A stretch of 64,000 nucleotides of DNA from Phoronis australis (lineage: Eukaryota; Animalia; Phoronida), in contig NMRA01000174.1 in the NCBI GenBank assembly GCA_002633005.1, positions 158,516 through 222,515 on the forward strand. The letters run 5' to 3'. A program made the position numbers and the translations under genes. This document shows positions 1 through 11,882 of the stretch, piece after piece. The notes under the pieces were generated by a model that worked only from the letters and a program-made list of their open reading frames with translations, did not search any database and had not been told where the DNA came from. Positions within the stretch are counted from its first letter, which is position 1, and each line of letters begins with the position of its first letter.

Positions 1-332
1 CAAGACTAAATTAGCAACAGAGATGTGATGTGATAAGCTGTCTCAAATTTCTTTTAAAAGACGTTTTCGGGACTGGGTGAGGAACTCAAGAAGTGAAGCT
101 TAATAATTGCCAAATGTATCAAAGAAATGGCATAAGAATATTTATTGAAACTAAAAAATGAATGACAGTTACAGAACACTCAGAATTCCACGTTATAGAC
201 ATACTGTTGTAGTTGTAGCGACAGCAGACGATAATGTAGGTCTAGTTCTTGGGGTGGTCTATTCCAATAGGGAGCGATGAATCAGCGCGGCTTTGCGTGA
301 TTTTGCATTTCACATCTTAAAGAGTTCCATAG

Positions 333-491
333 CAACTCGAGTATGAGTGTCAGATTTGAGTACGTTTGGAGTCTACTCGAAATATGACATTAGATACGCT
401 TTTTTGAGTACGACTCCAGTGAGCACGATTTTGAGTATGAAATCTCGAGTATGAGTAGAGTCTGAGTACGGAGATTGGAGACCGGGCCCTG
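333..491. repeat. GAGTA(C/T) subterminal-repeat array ending GGCCCTG (probable hAT-type MITE end)
   Basis: Repeated GAGTAC/GAGTAT units; the terminus reads CAGGGCC on the minus strand. Confidence 0.45.
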
Positions 492-636
492 GTCTCAAGT
501 AATAATGGGACGTTAGTTTTTTCCCGGCCAAGCCTAGAAGTCACACCTATTTTGACTAATTTAAACAACTGATCACTAATTTCATTGCAGTATATCCCAT
601 AAATCAAAAATGACTTTGTGATGAAATATTGCTCAC

Positions 637-679
637 CCTTATTCCCACCTCTGTTTACATGATTAACTTTAGAATACAC
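637..679 (-). CDS. Candidate next small exon (VYSKVNHVNRGGNK+G)
   Basis: Acceptor tatttacacag|GTG, donor AAGG|gtgagc; 43 nt, open in phase 0, matching the 1160 donor. Confidence 0.45.
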
Positions 680-1159
680 CTGTGTAAATAACCTTTCCCC
701 ATGCCATTTAAACTTGATGCCAGCTGGAGCATATCAAAAGATTGCTCACAGGAAATTTGAATAAATCATTTTTTTCAGTTATCTCAATATTTTAAAACAG
801 TTCTTGTTATTGCCATTGACTATGTGACACAAGCTTCAGTCTTCTATTCCGAACTTTTCATTTTGTTTGTCTTTTAATCAAATTTAACCAACTAATAACA
901 ACAACCGGTGATGATGGAGTGGCAGTGTAACTTTTCACTTAAGTTAAATTTAATTAAAATTATACAAAGAAGCATTACGAGAAGTGTCCTTGAAATCAAT
1001 ATTAAAATGTCGAATAATAATACCTCTATTAAAAAGTTTCCAAAGATTTTAAGAACCAAAAAGGCTTATAAAAATATCTTATGCAGAATAGAACTTTACT
1101 AAACAACAAATAACTAAATAAATAGACAATTTTAAAATAGCTGAATTAAAGCAACATAC

Positions 1160-2263
1160 CTTTTTGGAATTCTTTCCTTTCAACTTTCGTGACAGGTTAC
1201 TCCCGCCATCTTTGAAGTGAACATTAAAATACTTTGCAGCAAAGTCGAGCAATTCCTGATGATGCATACTAGCTGTCAGACTAAGGCTGTCCATGGATGC
1301 GCACGTCACGTGAATCGATTCCTCGCCGAAGCAACTCTCACCTTCCTGCTCCATGTCATAACAAAAACTGGTTGTCAGTTCTTGGTATTCCTCCGAACGC
1401 TTCATAATGTCGTTACTTTGCGTTATTAATTCATGACCATTTGAATAATTTATTCGACTTTCACTTTGATGAGCACCATTCGTGTTGTTGCCATTGTGCA
1501 AAATGGCATCATTTCTTTCCTTGTCTGTTTCCGCATCTGATCTGCAATGAATCAGTTGTTCTCCACAACTGGGTATCACCAATGTGTTTGTACTGTCCAT
1601 CATGGGTTTGTTTACATTCCAATTCTCCAGAGTGCCATTAGATAGATTTGCATTCCTCCTCATGTCCAAACTTTCATCATCGGGTATTAATTCATCCATA
1701 GCTCCCAAATGGTTTCCTCCTTGTTTATTGGCATCAACACCACAGACTTTACTAACCTGGCATCCACAATCATTTACATCAATAAGCATAAAATGAGGAC
1801 ACTGTCTACCATCAGTCATAGTTGGATTGCAACTTCCACCTGATCCACAGTTCTTCACATTTGGTTGTACAAACCTGGTGCACTGAGTCCCACATGTTGC
1901 TTTGTACCCTTGGTGAATATAATTAGCTGTGACATGCACAGCTGGTCCTCTCTCATTGATCTCAAATGTTGGAGTGTGACGCTGGTACCGACTTCTCTCA
2001 CCAGGGGACAGCATCTCCCCATCTACTTCATCATCAACATCATCATCAATGAAAGGAATGGATGCCAACAGACCAGCTTGTAGAAACATTCCTGAATGAC
2101 ACACTGCACTCATTCTATTAAGTCTTGCAGACTGAATAATTATATTTCCTCTGGCAGCTATGTGACCAGAATGCTGTCTTGGAATTTGCCAAACAGCAGA
2201 GCATGGGGATCTGTGACAGTTAATGGGGTCAAGATCTGAAGGCCTCAAAACAATTTCTGCCAT
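1160..2263 (-). CDS. Large coding exon (368 codons) of a probable MyTH4(-FERM)-domain protein; the gene continues past the window start
   Basis: Long ORF in AT-rich DNA with donor AAG|gtatgt at 1159. It ends 'HQELLDFAAKYFNVHFKDGGSNLSRKLKGK', resembling the 'L.EFA..YF' helix that precedes MyTH4 domains in myosin VII/XV-type tails. Family call is inference; the domain itself is not in the window. Confidence 0.65.
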
Positions 2264-2396
2264 TGCCCAAACAATTTTGTGAAACTGAAGACTAGTGGAT
2301 GAATTTTACCATAGTAATTTGAAGAGTTCATGCAATGATGTAGTTTTTAGCTATAGGTGCCATGACATGGTGTAAAGAACAGCCTGGTTGCAGCAT
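2264..2396 (-). other. 5' untranslated part of the same exon
   Basis: Acceptor tatttatgtttcag|ATGCTG at 2396; all three frames stop before the ATG at 2263. Confidence 0.55.
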
Positions 2397-3949
2397 CTGA
2401 AACATAAATATGCAACAACTTTGTTAAATCATCAACAACATAACATGTTTGACACTGAATATAAAAAATGAAAAATGTGTAATATGAAAATGTCAATGAT
2501 GTTTTTTTGCCATGACGACCAACATCTTGATATAAAACTCATTATTATTGATAATGGTGTTTAAAACTGATCTTTACAGTCAACTAAATAACCATACCAA
2601 AGTCAGTTCATAACTAACTGAAGTCCAGTTAGTTTGTACTATTAAACTGAATGTTTTGAGTCAACCAAAATGAAAGCACTAAAAATTGATGAAAAATCAC
2701 AGATAGACTAAATTAAAGTCACAACTTTCTGATTTAAATGCCAATATTCAAATAACTAAGTTGAATGTAGAAATTCCGTAATTATAATTAGTTAGTATAA
2801 CAAGTTTTCAAAAATCTCCTATTTTGGCTACATAATGCTCAAATTTTACCATTTGCTTCTTGGCAGGTGCATGGTAACAGTGGAGTGCATTTTTGTGTTC
2901 TGAAGATTAGTTTGAAAAATTATATAGTCTGTGATACTGTGTCCTTAAGAAAACTTCATCACATATATTTTAAAATTCTTTTCCTCAATATGACTGAAAA
3001 ATGTTCATTTGACTGCAACAGCAGTTTGGTTAGTCACTGATAGTTCAGTTTACTTTACGGTAAAAACTCTCAATTTTAGGATGAACCAATTGCTAAAATT
3101 AGGCATCATTTCTACATTTTGGTAGCTTACATCATCGCAAATGTTCAAAGTTTCCCAAAACTTTGTTGTTGGCAACTGTACAGTACAAGGGATGCTAAAG
3201 TAGGGTAAAAGTTCCTGAAAAGTAGTTTTTGTTTAGGAAATTCCATGAAATAGAATTTCATGTTTTGACCATACTGTATTCCAAACTGAAGAATGTTTAT
3301 ACAGATGACAGGTCTTTCCTAAACACAGTCAATGGGTAGCACTGGCATCAGAATCGGGACCGGCATATCCATTGACTACCATAGCAATATTTTCCATACA
3401 GTATCAAGAAGGCATTTCAAGGGTTCTAGAATGAGGCTTGGGGGGGTTAACCCCTACCAAGGGAGTACCTCTCCCATATCCTTCCATGGCCGACTTTGCC
3501 GAACCAGTGTGAAAATTTAATGTGTGCGTGTGTAAGACTAATGATTCTTACTGTCTTATACAATATGAAAATGCTTGATATGTCATATACTGGTATGCAT
3601 GCATAAAGAGGGCAATGGTTGGTTATCCTAGATATTAAGTTTTCGAGTGAATTAAATTCTCAAGGTTCCAAATAATTATACATGCTTCACACCACACTGT
3701 TTGACAGTGTTACGAAAGGTAGCACTGTCAAATGTTGTTTAACCATTGACATGGCTTCTCATTGGTTAAAGTAATGAAACTGACGTCATCACATTCAGTT
3801 ATTACCATTGATTGAAATCTATTTGAAGCACAACGTGCCCAGAGCTGCAACCACGGAGTGACTGAAGGCCAGCAACCAGTACAGCTTCACCATTTATGTA
3901 ATTCATGTTTTTGTGGCCATTGACTCCAGCCATTTCCCATTCCATGACA

Positions 3950-4590
3950 TCATTTTTCCGTTCATTGACTTTACCAGACGTAGAGGGTTGTGAGGTTTGA
4001 TAACATCTACCTTCTTTGTTAACAGCCAAATACAGTCTTTTGTCTGGTATACCCGTTGCAGACCAGGCGTACGTTCAGTAGACGCTAGGACCTACGCTAG
4101 GACCTAGCTAAATCCTAGTCAAAGTCACGTGTTCTCTTTGAAATGCATGGTAATATCTCACGTAATCTCGCGAAGTCTTGGTTTTTAGCGAGGTCCTAGC
4201 GTTACTGAACGGGAGGCAGGTGTGAACGCAGTCAAACCCAGAGCGAATTGGTACATTCGGAAAGAATAGATTGTCATAACTTTTGGCAATTCAAATACTA
4301 TACATGAACACCATTTGACGAAAATTTCAGAAATGCTATTGGTTTATGTTCAAATATGTAATGACTTAACTTTTATTTTTAGCAGCACAGCCCAGTCAGG
4401 CTAGATATGATCTTACTGGAGATCAGAGCAATTATCCAACAAAAGAGAGCTGGTCCTTCAACCATAAATACCAGAATGGAGTTGAGTCCGGTAAGATATT
4501 GGCTACAGGGGTGTTCTTCCCAACTTGTTGTTGGGCTATAGAATTTAACAAGTTGTGAGCAATAGGAAAACACCGTAATGAAGTGCAGAT
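3950..4590 (+). repeat. Repeat family C copy 1 (contains a MITE insertion)
   Basis: Collinear with 10583-11130 (e.g. CAGCACAGCCCAGTCAGGCTAGATATGATCTTA). Confidence 0.85.
4068..4216. mobile_element. About 150-bp palindromic MITE
   Basis: CGTTCAGTA(G)ACGCTAGGACCT ... AGGTCCTAGCGTTACTGAACG; CAGG on both sides; absent from the paralogous copy. Confidence 0.85.
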
Positions 4591-4939
4591 CAAACAACCC
4601 CTAGCTCCACTGTCAGATAAATTCCTTGATGGCAAATAATTTATCTGGAATTTTTGGAAACTAGTATATAGTCAACAGATGGACACAATGAATCGTCACA
4701 CAAAGCTGACGGAGAATGATTCAGGCCGCGAACATCACTTCAGGAGTGGTGCAAAAACAATTAATTAGAACCACTTGAATTTAAGTAACTTGAAAAATTA
4801 TCTAGCATAACAAGAAAATCATAAATTAGCCAAAAACTAACACTAAAACTGGTTCAGTTGCTTTTAAAAGTCAAAGGCCTATATCCAAAATAATGATTTT
4901 TTCAAAGAAAATTTTTACTCACTTGTTTAACAAAGATTT

Positions 4940-6578
4940 GCAGTCGTTTACAATATACTCCATATAGCATTGAAATACTTTTTAGTCAACAGTTTGTTTT
5001 TTCAAACAGTATTTACTGATGAAATTACAGTTTTGTGGGTTCTTCGCACTCTCCGCAAAACAGGTTGAATCTGCCATTCACTGAAGAGCAGACAAGACGA
5101 TTACACTCTGCCAGGAATGACATTTGTAACATAGGTCTTTGATTTGATTTGGTGGCATAAAGTTTTTATTTGGCGAAATAAATTTCGCCAAGTATGTTGC
5201 TTTTCCATCAAGTTTTTTTTGTTTGTTCGCATGATACAGGTCGCAAATTTTCGTCCTATCATCACGAAATTTATACATAACACGTAGTTTCAGAAGTACT
5301 GGAAGCCTATTGTTTTTCGTCATTATCGGATCCAAAATGGCGGATGTGGCGGCTATTTTGTTTTCATTTTAACATTCAAATGCTTCTGGAGGCTACATTT
5401 TTTATGTGTAGGGCTGAAAATCAGCACAATTATTGGACCGGACGTGCTCTGCATGTATACTGGAAATTGTTTACTTCATGTTAAAAATAGCGGAAATATG
5501 GGTACTTGCGCATGCAAACCTCGATTTCGGGAAAAAAGGTTTTCTCCTGTAGAGGGCGCATTATAGGACCAATTGCTTAAACATTTTTCAGGTATTAGTT
5601 TCTTATGACATGCTATTATACAGAGCTGAAAAACTAGAAGTTGCTTTCAGTCGTGCTGGAGTGCCACTTAAACGGGAAGAGAGAATGACGTGAATTTTTG
5701 CATGTGGATTCTTTGAAGTATATCCTTTCAAATGACCTCCAACAATTTTTTTCTCAGACTTACCATTTTCGAGATATTTGACTTTGAATTTCTTTAAAAA
5801 TAATGCAAAATTTCGTTTTTTTTGAAAAATTTATGGAATTGTGTGATACTATCAATTTAGATAGAGTTTTGGACGGGCTTTCAGAAGGTGTTTTCCATTT
5901 TTCGCTAGGACATCTACTTTTTGAACTATTCGAGATTTTCTGATAGCGCTGTTCCTTTGTTGAGCACTCTTACTGCATTGATGTTGGTTTAGCTTCTATT
6001 GAACAAGACTTTAGCCTATTTCTTACTGATTTATGACATCTAAGTTCGTCATATGAATGTTATGATGTTTGTTCATCATTGCCACCTCCATCAACATATT
6101 AGTCATCTTCGTCATCATCTTCGTCATCATCTCCGTCGTTGTCTTTTCAGTTAATTTCACCAAGTGTCGCTCAAGCCAGTAGCCTACTTCTTACTGATTT
6201 CTGACCTCTACGTTTGTCATGTGACTGTATTGTTCATCATCGCCACCATCGTCGTCATCTTTATCCGTCCCCATCTTTTCTGTTAATTTCATCTAGTGTC
6301 GCTCTTCGTAGCGCTTTTATTTTTTCTGTTTTTTGCTTTCAAACTTGCCAAATCGACCCTCTTTAATTGCAAAAAAACAGGGAAAAGCCAGCCGTGTTCA
6401 CGGCCCAACTCATTGGTCCGACAAGTCAGCGTTTGTTCTATATTCAAATCGAGTTGACCTTGTGTAGACTGGATTGAGGGGGTAAAGTAGGTCATGGGTT
6501 GAGAGGGTCGAGGGTCTAAGAGGTTGTGGGTCAAGGGTGTCATGGGGAGTGGAGGTCAAGGGGGTTTTAGAACAATCC
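4940..6578 (+). mobile_element. MITE family A copy interrupted by about 1.15 kb of other sequence (about 5158-6308)
   Basis: 4945-5157 and 6309-6578 align consecutively to 18325-18788; right TIR at 6562-6578. Confidence 0.75.
6013..6304. repeat. Diverged tandem duplication with TCA/TCG triplet runs
   Basis: AGCCTA.TTCTTACTGATTT ... GTTAATTTCA...AGTGTCGCTC occurs twice (6013-6173, 6181-6304). Confidence 0.75.
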
Positions 6579-8359
6579 TTTCAATTGGCTTGTGCTCCTG
6601 ATTCCAGGTATAGGTGGAGCTTCACGTGTACATTGAAGATACACCAAACACCATATGTGTAAACATGGCAACAGTTGACCAACAAGGAACAATATCCCTA
6701 AAAACAACATAGTATTCAAGATGGGTGTCCAAACAACCTTGACTGTGACATGTTACCAACAAATAAAACATGATTATAAGTGTTGACGTGTTTTGGTGCA
6801 CCACGCAGCAATGAAAATTAGGCTACAAGATAAAATGACCGCAACGTTTTGAATAACTCAACTGCTTTATTCTTTCTCAAGAGAATGGTGATTTAAAAAG
6901 TGAAGGACTTACATAGACTAAAAGTCCAAAGACATCCACTATGATTGACAGTGATGAAAAGAAAAAAAACTATGGTGCACCCAAAGAGGCTTAAGGTGGG
7001 ACACCACGTAATTCTCTATGAAATCTCTAACCCACAATAAATCATGATTGCCAAAAATGACAGGAAAATGGTGAATGTCAGCTAGACGAAATGTACAAGT
7101 ACTACTGTAATGTGATCAATCGTCTGACTGAAGACATGGTTAATCACATCCTTGCACTCAATTAAATTGGATAACATTATATCAGAAATATTGATTGTGA
7201 GCTGTTGAATTAATTTTGCCAAAGGAAGGACTTTCATGTTCAATTACTCCCGCGGCCCTCTTAATTTCGATCCGTGGTTGAAGTTAAACGTTCATGCTGA
7301 CTTAAGACGCTCGATCCCCTTAACAACTCGGCCTTGGCATGAAAAGCCCTCTAGTGAGAAGGGAAATATAGACTGTGCTATTTGGTTTGTTTCTTCATTA
7401 ATGCATTCTTACACAAGTCTGTCCCACTGAACAATTCAATGGGTTATTGAATTACTTTAATCCTGACATGAATGGTAAATATACTAGCATGTTACACTGA
7501 AGCCTGTACCTCAAAGCTGCATTTTTCTCTGCCTGTTAACTGTCATTGTTGAATTCTTAACCGAGGTGCTATGTGCGGGTTTAAAATTACTATGTTCATC
7601 CAAATGTGCCATCAAGCCAAGTCACAGGTAATGCGCACATCCACCATTTTCAAATCCACAATTCTAGGGTTGGCTTACACTAATCAAAAATCTGAAGAAT
7701 ATTATTGAGTAGATGATGATTTCAATGTTCTTGTTCATGCGTGCACCCAGTGGGGGCTCGGGGAGCTCAAACAAGCCCCCCCCCCGTTTGGCGAAGTGGG
7801 CAAAAAGGTTCGCCTCAGAAAAACAAAAACTCCAAAAAAGTAGAAAACGAGACAAATGTCCACTAAAAAGGCAGGAACTACCTAAATTCGACGATTGCAC
7901 AATTCATAGCCTCATACTTGTGAATGTACCCCATTTTAGTAAAATGAAGGTTCACATTCTCAAAAATTCGAGCCTTTCACTTTTTAGGCTGGGTGCGGGC
8001 ATGTTGTTGGTGACAGAAAAAAGAACACCTGATGTATCTTGATGAGGAATAGAATGTGAGATTCATTTCATGACAGTAAAAGGTTTAATTTGATTTTTGT
8101 TTTAGCTAACTAATCATGGAGATGTGCATCAGAAATTGCTTCAAAAACATGTGAACATAATTTTACAAGGTTAGTAGCAGTTGAAAAATGAAAACAGAGT
8201 AATTTCCACAATTATTTTGGCTGAAACTGTTGAGACTTTAGGAGTAAAAGTAGGAGTAGCAATGGGTGAATAATAATTTGAGAGAAAAAGTGGCAAGTAT
8301 TGAAACAGCTTAGGCAGGTAGAATGAGGCCCCAGTGGGCTGAGTGTGAAACGATAATTA

Positions 8360-8546
8360 TGTTCAAAATAATTGTCCCGAAAATAATAGGTACGTCGCAA
8401 GCTCCGTTTCCAGAGATACAAAGGAGACCGTGTATAGGCGATATAAGGTCATTTATTATGACTGATAAGGTACAGAAATATGATTGTACAAATAACATAA
8501 AGATAAAATAATAATCTCTGGAAAGATGGGCAATAAAAAGCGCCAG
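8360..8546 (+). repeat. Repeat family B fragment
   Basis: Near-identical to 9085-9266 and 26110-26293 (GTCGCAAGCTCCGTTTCCAGA...GGGCAATAAAAAGCGCCA). Confidence 0.85.
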
Positions 8547-8839
8547 CACTCAGGTAAGAGGAACCACCGAAAGGAGAGGGTGGTAGAGGGTGGGAAAAAT
8601 TGAAGAGAGATTAAACTCGAACCTAAGTGCTGCTAAAGCGAAGTACTGATGGCAGGAAACATAACTTTACTGAGAACAAAGGAGCCCTATGACACGTGAC
8701 AATCATCAGCCTATGGGAGCCAGGAGCTGACCAAACTCATGGCAGTAACACAAACGAACCAAAAGTGAGGCTGGAAATGGAACGTCCTAGTGCCTCGAGT
8801 GCAGAAGGACTGCATGCGAATCTACACAAGGGATTAAAG

Positions 8840-8998
8840 CAGGGGCGGATCCAGGATTTTGAGTTAGGGGGGTCCAGGGCAGAGTATTAGCCAGGATTTT
8901 GCCCGTCAGAAATTCGCACCCCCAAACTGCCAAATGGAATCTGGGAGAATTTTAGGGGGAGCCATGGACCCTTGGCCCCCCCTCTAAATCCGCTACTG
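8840..8998. mobile_element. Short MITE CAGGGGCGGAT...ATCCGCTACTG
   Basis: Imperfect TIR; TAAAG directly flanks both ends (8835-8839, 8999-9003). Confidence 0.75.
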
Positions 8999-9002
8999 TA
9001 AA

Positions 9003-9276
9003 GGACCAGTCCGAAAGATGCGGGTATAAGTGGGACGAGTCCATATTCTCACATAAATATATTTAACGGGTGAAATATCATTTATGTTCGAAATATGTCC
9101 TGAAAATAATAGGTGCGTCGCAAGCTCCGTTTCCAGAGATACAAAGGAGACCGTGTATGGGCGATGAGGTCATTTATTATGACTGATATGGTACAGAAAC
9201 ATGAGTGTACAAATAACATAAAGATAAAATAACAATCTCTGGAAAGATGGGCAATAAAGAGCGCCACAAGAGATGT
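9003..9276 (+). mobile_element. Repeat family B terminal fragment (TTAA-flanked, Kolobok-like end)
   Basis: Starts GGACCAGTCCGAAAGATG; the reverse complement at 26455-26470 is followed by GTTAA. Confidence 0.7.
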
Positions 9277-9286
9277 TGAATGTTAA

Positions 9287-9699
9287 GTGTTGTTCACACT
9301 ACAAGTTACCCTGGAACAAATTACTCCTGGAATGAGCTGTTGCTAAGGTTTAGTCAATGCTATGGTAAACCTAAATATTTTAGGACGCAATATGGCGGAC
9401 AAATAGAATTTCATTTTTTCAAGAGATATGTAGAATCAAATTAATTCTTTGCCACATGTTTAAGTTCTCTACCACAGCTACCATCAGGGATATCTTGAAA
9501 ATTGTAGGCATTCACAACAATAGTAGATGTTGCACCAAAAGGGTAACTTTGGCCATTACTTTCATCCGAAATTAGTGAGAACTTACTATTTTGTACTGGA
9601 GCAATTTGACACACATGTGACAACTTACCCCACCTTATCGAGGTAGGGTAACTTGTTCTAGGGTAAGTTGCCCCAGTTCAGGTAGTAGTGTGGAAACAC
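9287..9699. mobile_element. Degenerate TIR element
   Basis: CACACTACAAGTTACCCTGGAACAA at the left is inverted as GGGTAACTTGTTCTAGGGTAAGTTG...TAGTGTG at the right. Confidence 0.55.
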
Positions 9700-10582
9700 A
9701 GCTGCAGACAAGGCAGAGAAATTACCAGCTGTCACTTGCTCAGTAATGTACACATAGGTGTGGAGAATATTAACTTTTGCACCAAAATATGTCTCAAGGT
9801 ATATGGTGTCTAGTGTGGACGCTGGGGCTTAACAGACAGCAAGCTGTTTTAGGGTAACTAGGGTGCAGGAAAAAACAAAACTGACGAGCTACTTTACTTC
9901 CAAACAAATAAATGGGTAGGTATCACAATGTTCCAGTTGTACCCATCAAAAATGGATTTGAGTGCCCCCAAGGATAATTACATTAGCAATTGCAATCGTT
10001 ATTAGCATTTTTGTTTCTAGCGAAAGTACAACACCACACAGTTAGCCACTTATAATTACAGTAAGTTATAATGAGGATTAGATCGTGTCGTCTGGACAGT
10101 GGTTAGGGATCCAACAAAGTTGACCAAATTGCAAGAAGATGTACCCCGTAACATGTTACTTTATATACTTAAGCCAATCATAATGGGTATTACCATGAAA
10201 GCATGACCACCTGGCAGTCATGTGTGCGGCTAGCATACTCAATCCACTGTAAGATATGTTTGTGCACCAGAGACTGGAAATATCTACTATATCTATTTGA
10301 CCAATAATGGGCCCTAACTTTTTTGCTCGGAAAGGTGATCCTTCTCAGTGACATATCTATCACAGTGCCCTCGATTGACAATTATTTTTCCACAGGAGAG
10401 AGCAGGGAGAATCATACCCACTAGCTCAGAGACAATACACTAACACAGTGTGACAGTAGTGGCAGCAGCTTTCATGAACAGGGTGTTTTTTTTTGCAGTT
10501 TTGCACCACCCTTCAGTTATACATTTCCCAAATGATTCCTTGTGTAAGTAAATTCAATCATGATTGCACGACCCCAGACAGC

Positions 10583-11130
10583 ATTTTCCCGTTCAGTAAC
10601 TTTACCAGACGAAGAGGGGTTCTGGGCGTGTGATACCATCTATTAACTTCTTTGTTAACTGCCAAGCAGAGTCTTTTGTCTGTTATGACAACAGGCATGC
10701 CAATAATCAACCAGACTTATTACAGACCAGGTGTAAACACTGTCGAACCCCGTCGAGTGAATTGGCACATTCGGAAAGAATAGATTATCGTGACTTCGGT
10801 TGCAGTGGGGCGATTTTGGCGATTCAAAAACTAAACATGATCACCATTTGACGAGGATTTCAGAAATGCTATTGGTTATATGTTATAACTTAGCTTTTAT
10901 TTTTAACAGCACAGCCCAGTCAGGCTAGATATGATCTTATTGAAGATTAGAGCAATTATCAAACAAAGGAGAGCTGACCCTCCAAACATGAATTCCAGAA
11001 TGGAGTTAATTAGTCTTGTAAGATGTTGGATACAGGGGTAAACTTCCCAACTTTTTGTTGGGCTATAGAATCGAACAAGTTGGGAGCAACGGGAAAACGC
11101 CGTAATGTTCTTCTTAAGGAAATGCAAGTC
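10583..11130 (+). repeat. Repeat family C copy 2 (empty site)
   Basis: Collinear with 3950-4590 but lacks 4068-4216. Confidence 0.85.
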
Positions 11131-11209
11131 ATGCAAAACCTATCCATCTGAGCAGCATGCTTCATCATGCACTTTCTAGTGGAGTTCACCCCTGCAACTG
11201 TATGCAGGT

Positions 11210-11425
11210 AATTCTTTACTTATTTAGCACACAATATGGCTCATAAAAGAAATTCTATTCTGTCCAATTTCTCCAGAAAATAAATGATTAGTTTCAAATA
11301 TGGTTTGTAGAATGTAGATTTCATGAAAAACATTTGGCAAAGCATCTTGTGTATCCAGAAAGGTTATTGACCTTTGAAAAAATGGAAAATGGCAGTTTTG
11401 GCATTAATTGTTGTGCGAAACAAAT
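11210..11425 (+). repeat. Interspersed repeat (copy at about 38928-39145; partial similarity at about 30330-30400 and 33945-34015)
   Basis: TATTTAGCACA.AATATGGCT.A.AA.AGAAATTCTATT.TGTC shared between the two main copies. Confidence 0.7.
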
Positions 11426-11810
11426 AAAGAATTTTTACTCCACTCTTTTTGACGATGCAGCAAGACCCTCCAGCTCGGCATTTAAGATTTGGTTGAACCC
11501 TAGCAAAAAGACTTTTGACTGCCTATTACCAAAATACCTCACTGATAAAGGAGCGGGTGAAAAGGATCCATCCGACAACAAGCCCGTAGTTTGCAAAGTA
11601 ATTCATACAAGGAAGCTTTTAAAATGACTCCTAAAAAACTTCCAGTTGGTTACACACAAATCAGGGACTTATAAATACTAAAGTAGCAACCACACGGCAA
11701 TTAACATTTATCCTAATGAACAAAATTCCTCATAATAAGGCCTTCCCCACCCATCACTTGTCTTTTTAAGAACCATTCTTTTCATGAAACATCTCTTTTC
11801 TTGCACTTAC

Positions 11811-11882
11811 CTACTGACTTGCTCTTCCTCAATCCAAGGCTCAACCTCAATCTTTCTTGCTTGCAATACGTGATTGTCAAAT
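11811..11882 (-). CDS. Candidate 72-nt symmetric exon (FDNHVLQARKIEVEPWIEEEQVS)
   Basis: Acceptor cttattttatag|A, donor TAG|gtaagt; purine-rich and open in phase 2. Confidence 0.5.

Noticed and set aside
1079-1159. Hydrophobic C-terminus of the 394-aa ORF (VCCFNSAILKLSIYLVICCLVKFYSA)
   Set aside because: Starts exactly at a gtatgt donor and is T-rich intron read-through, not a real TM anchor.
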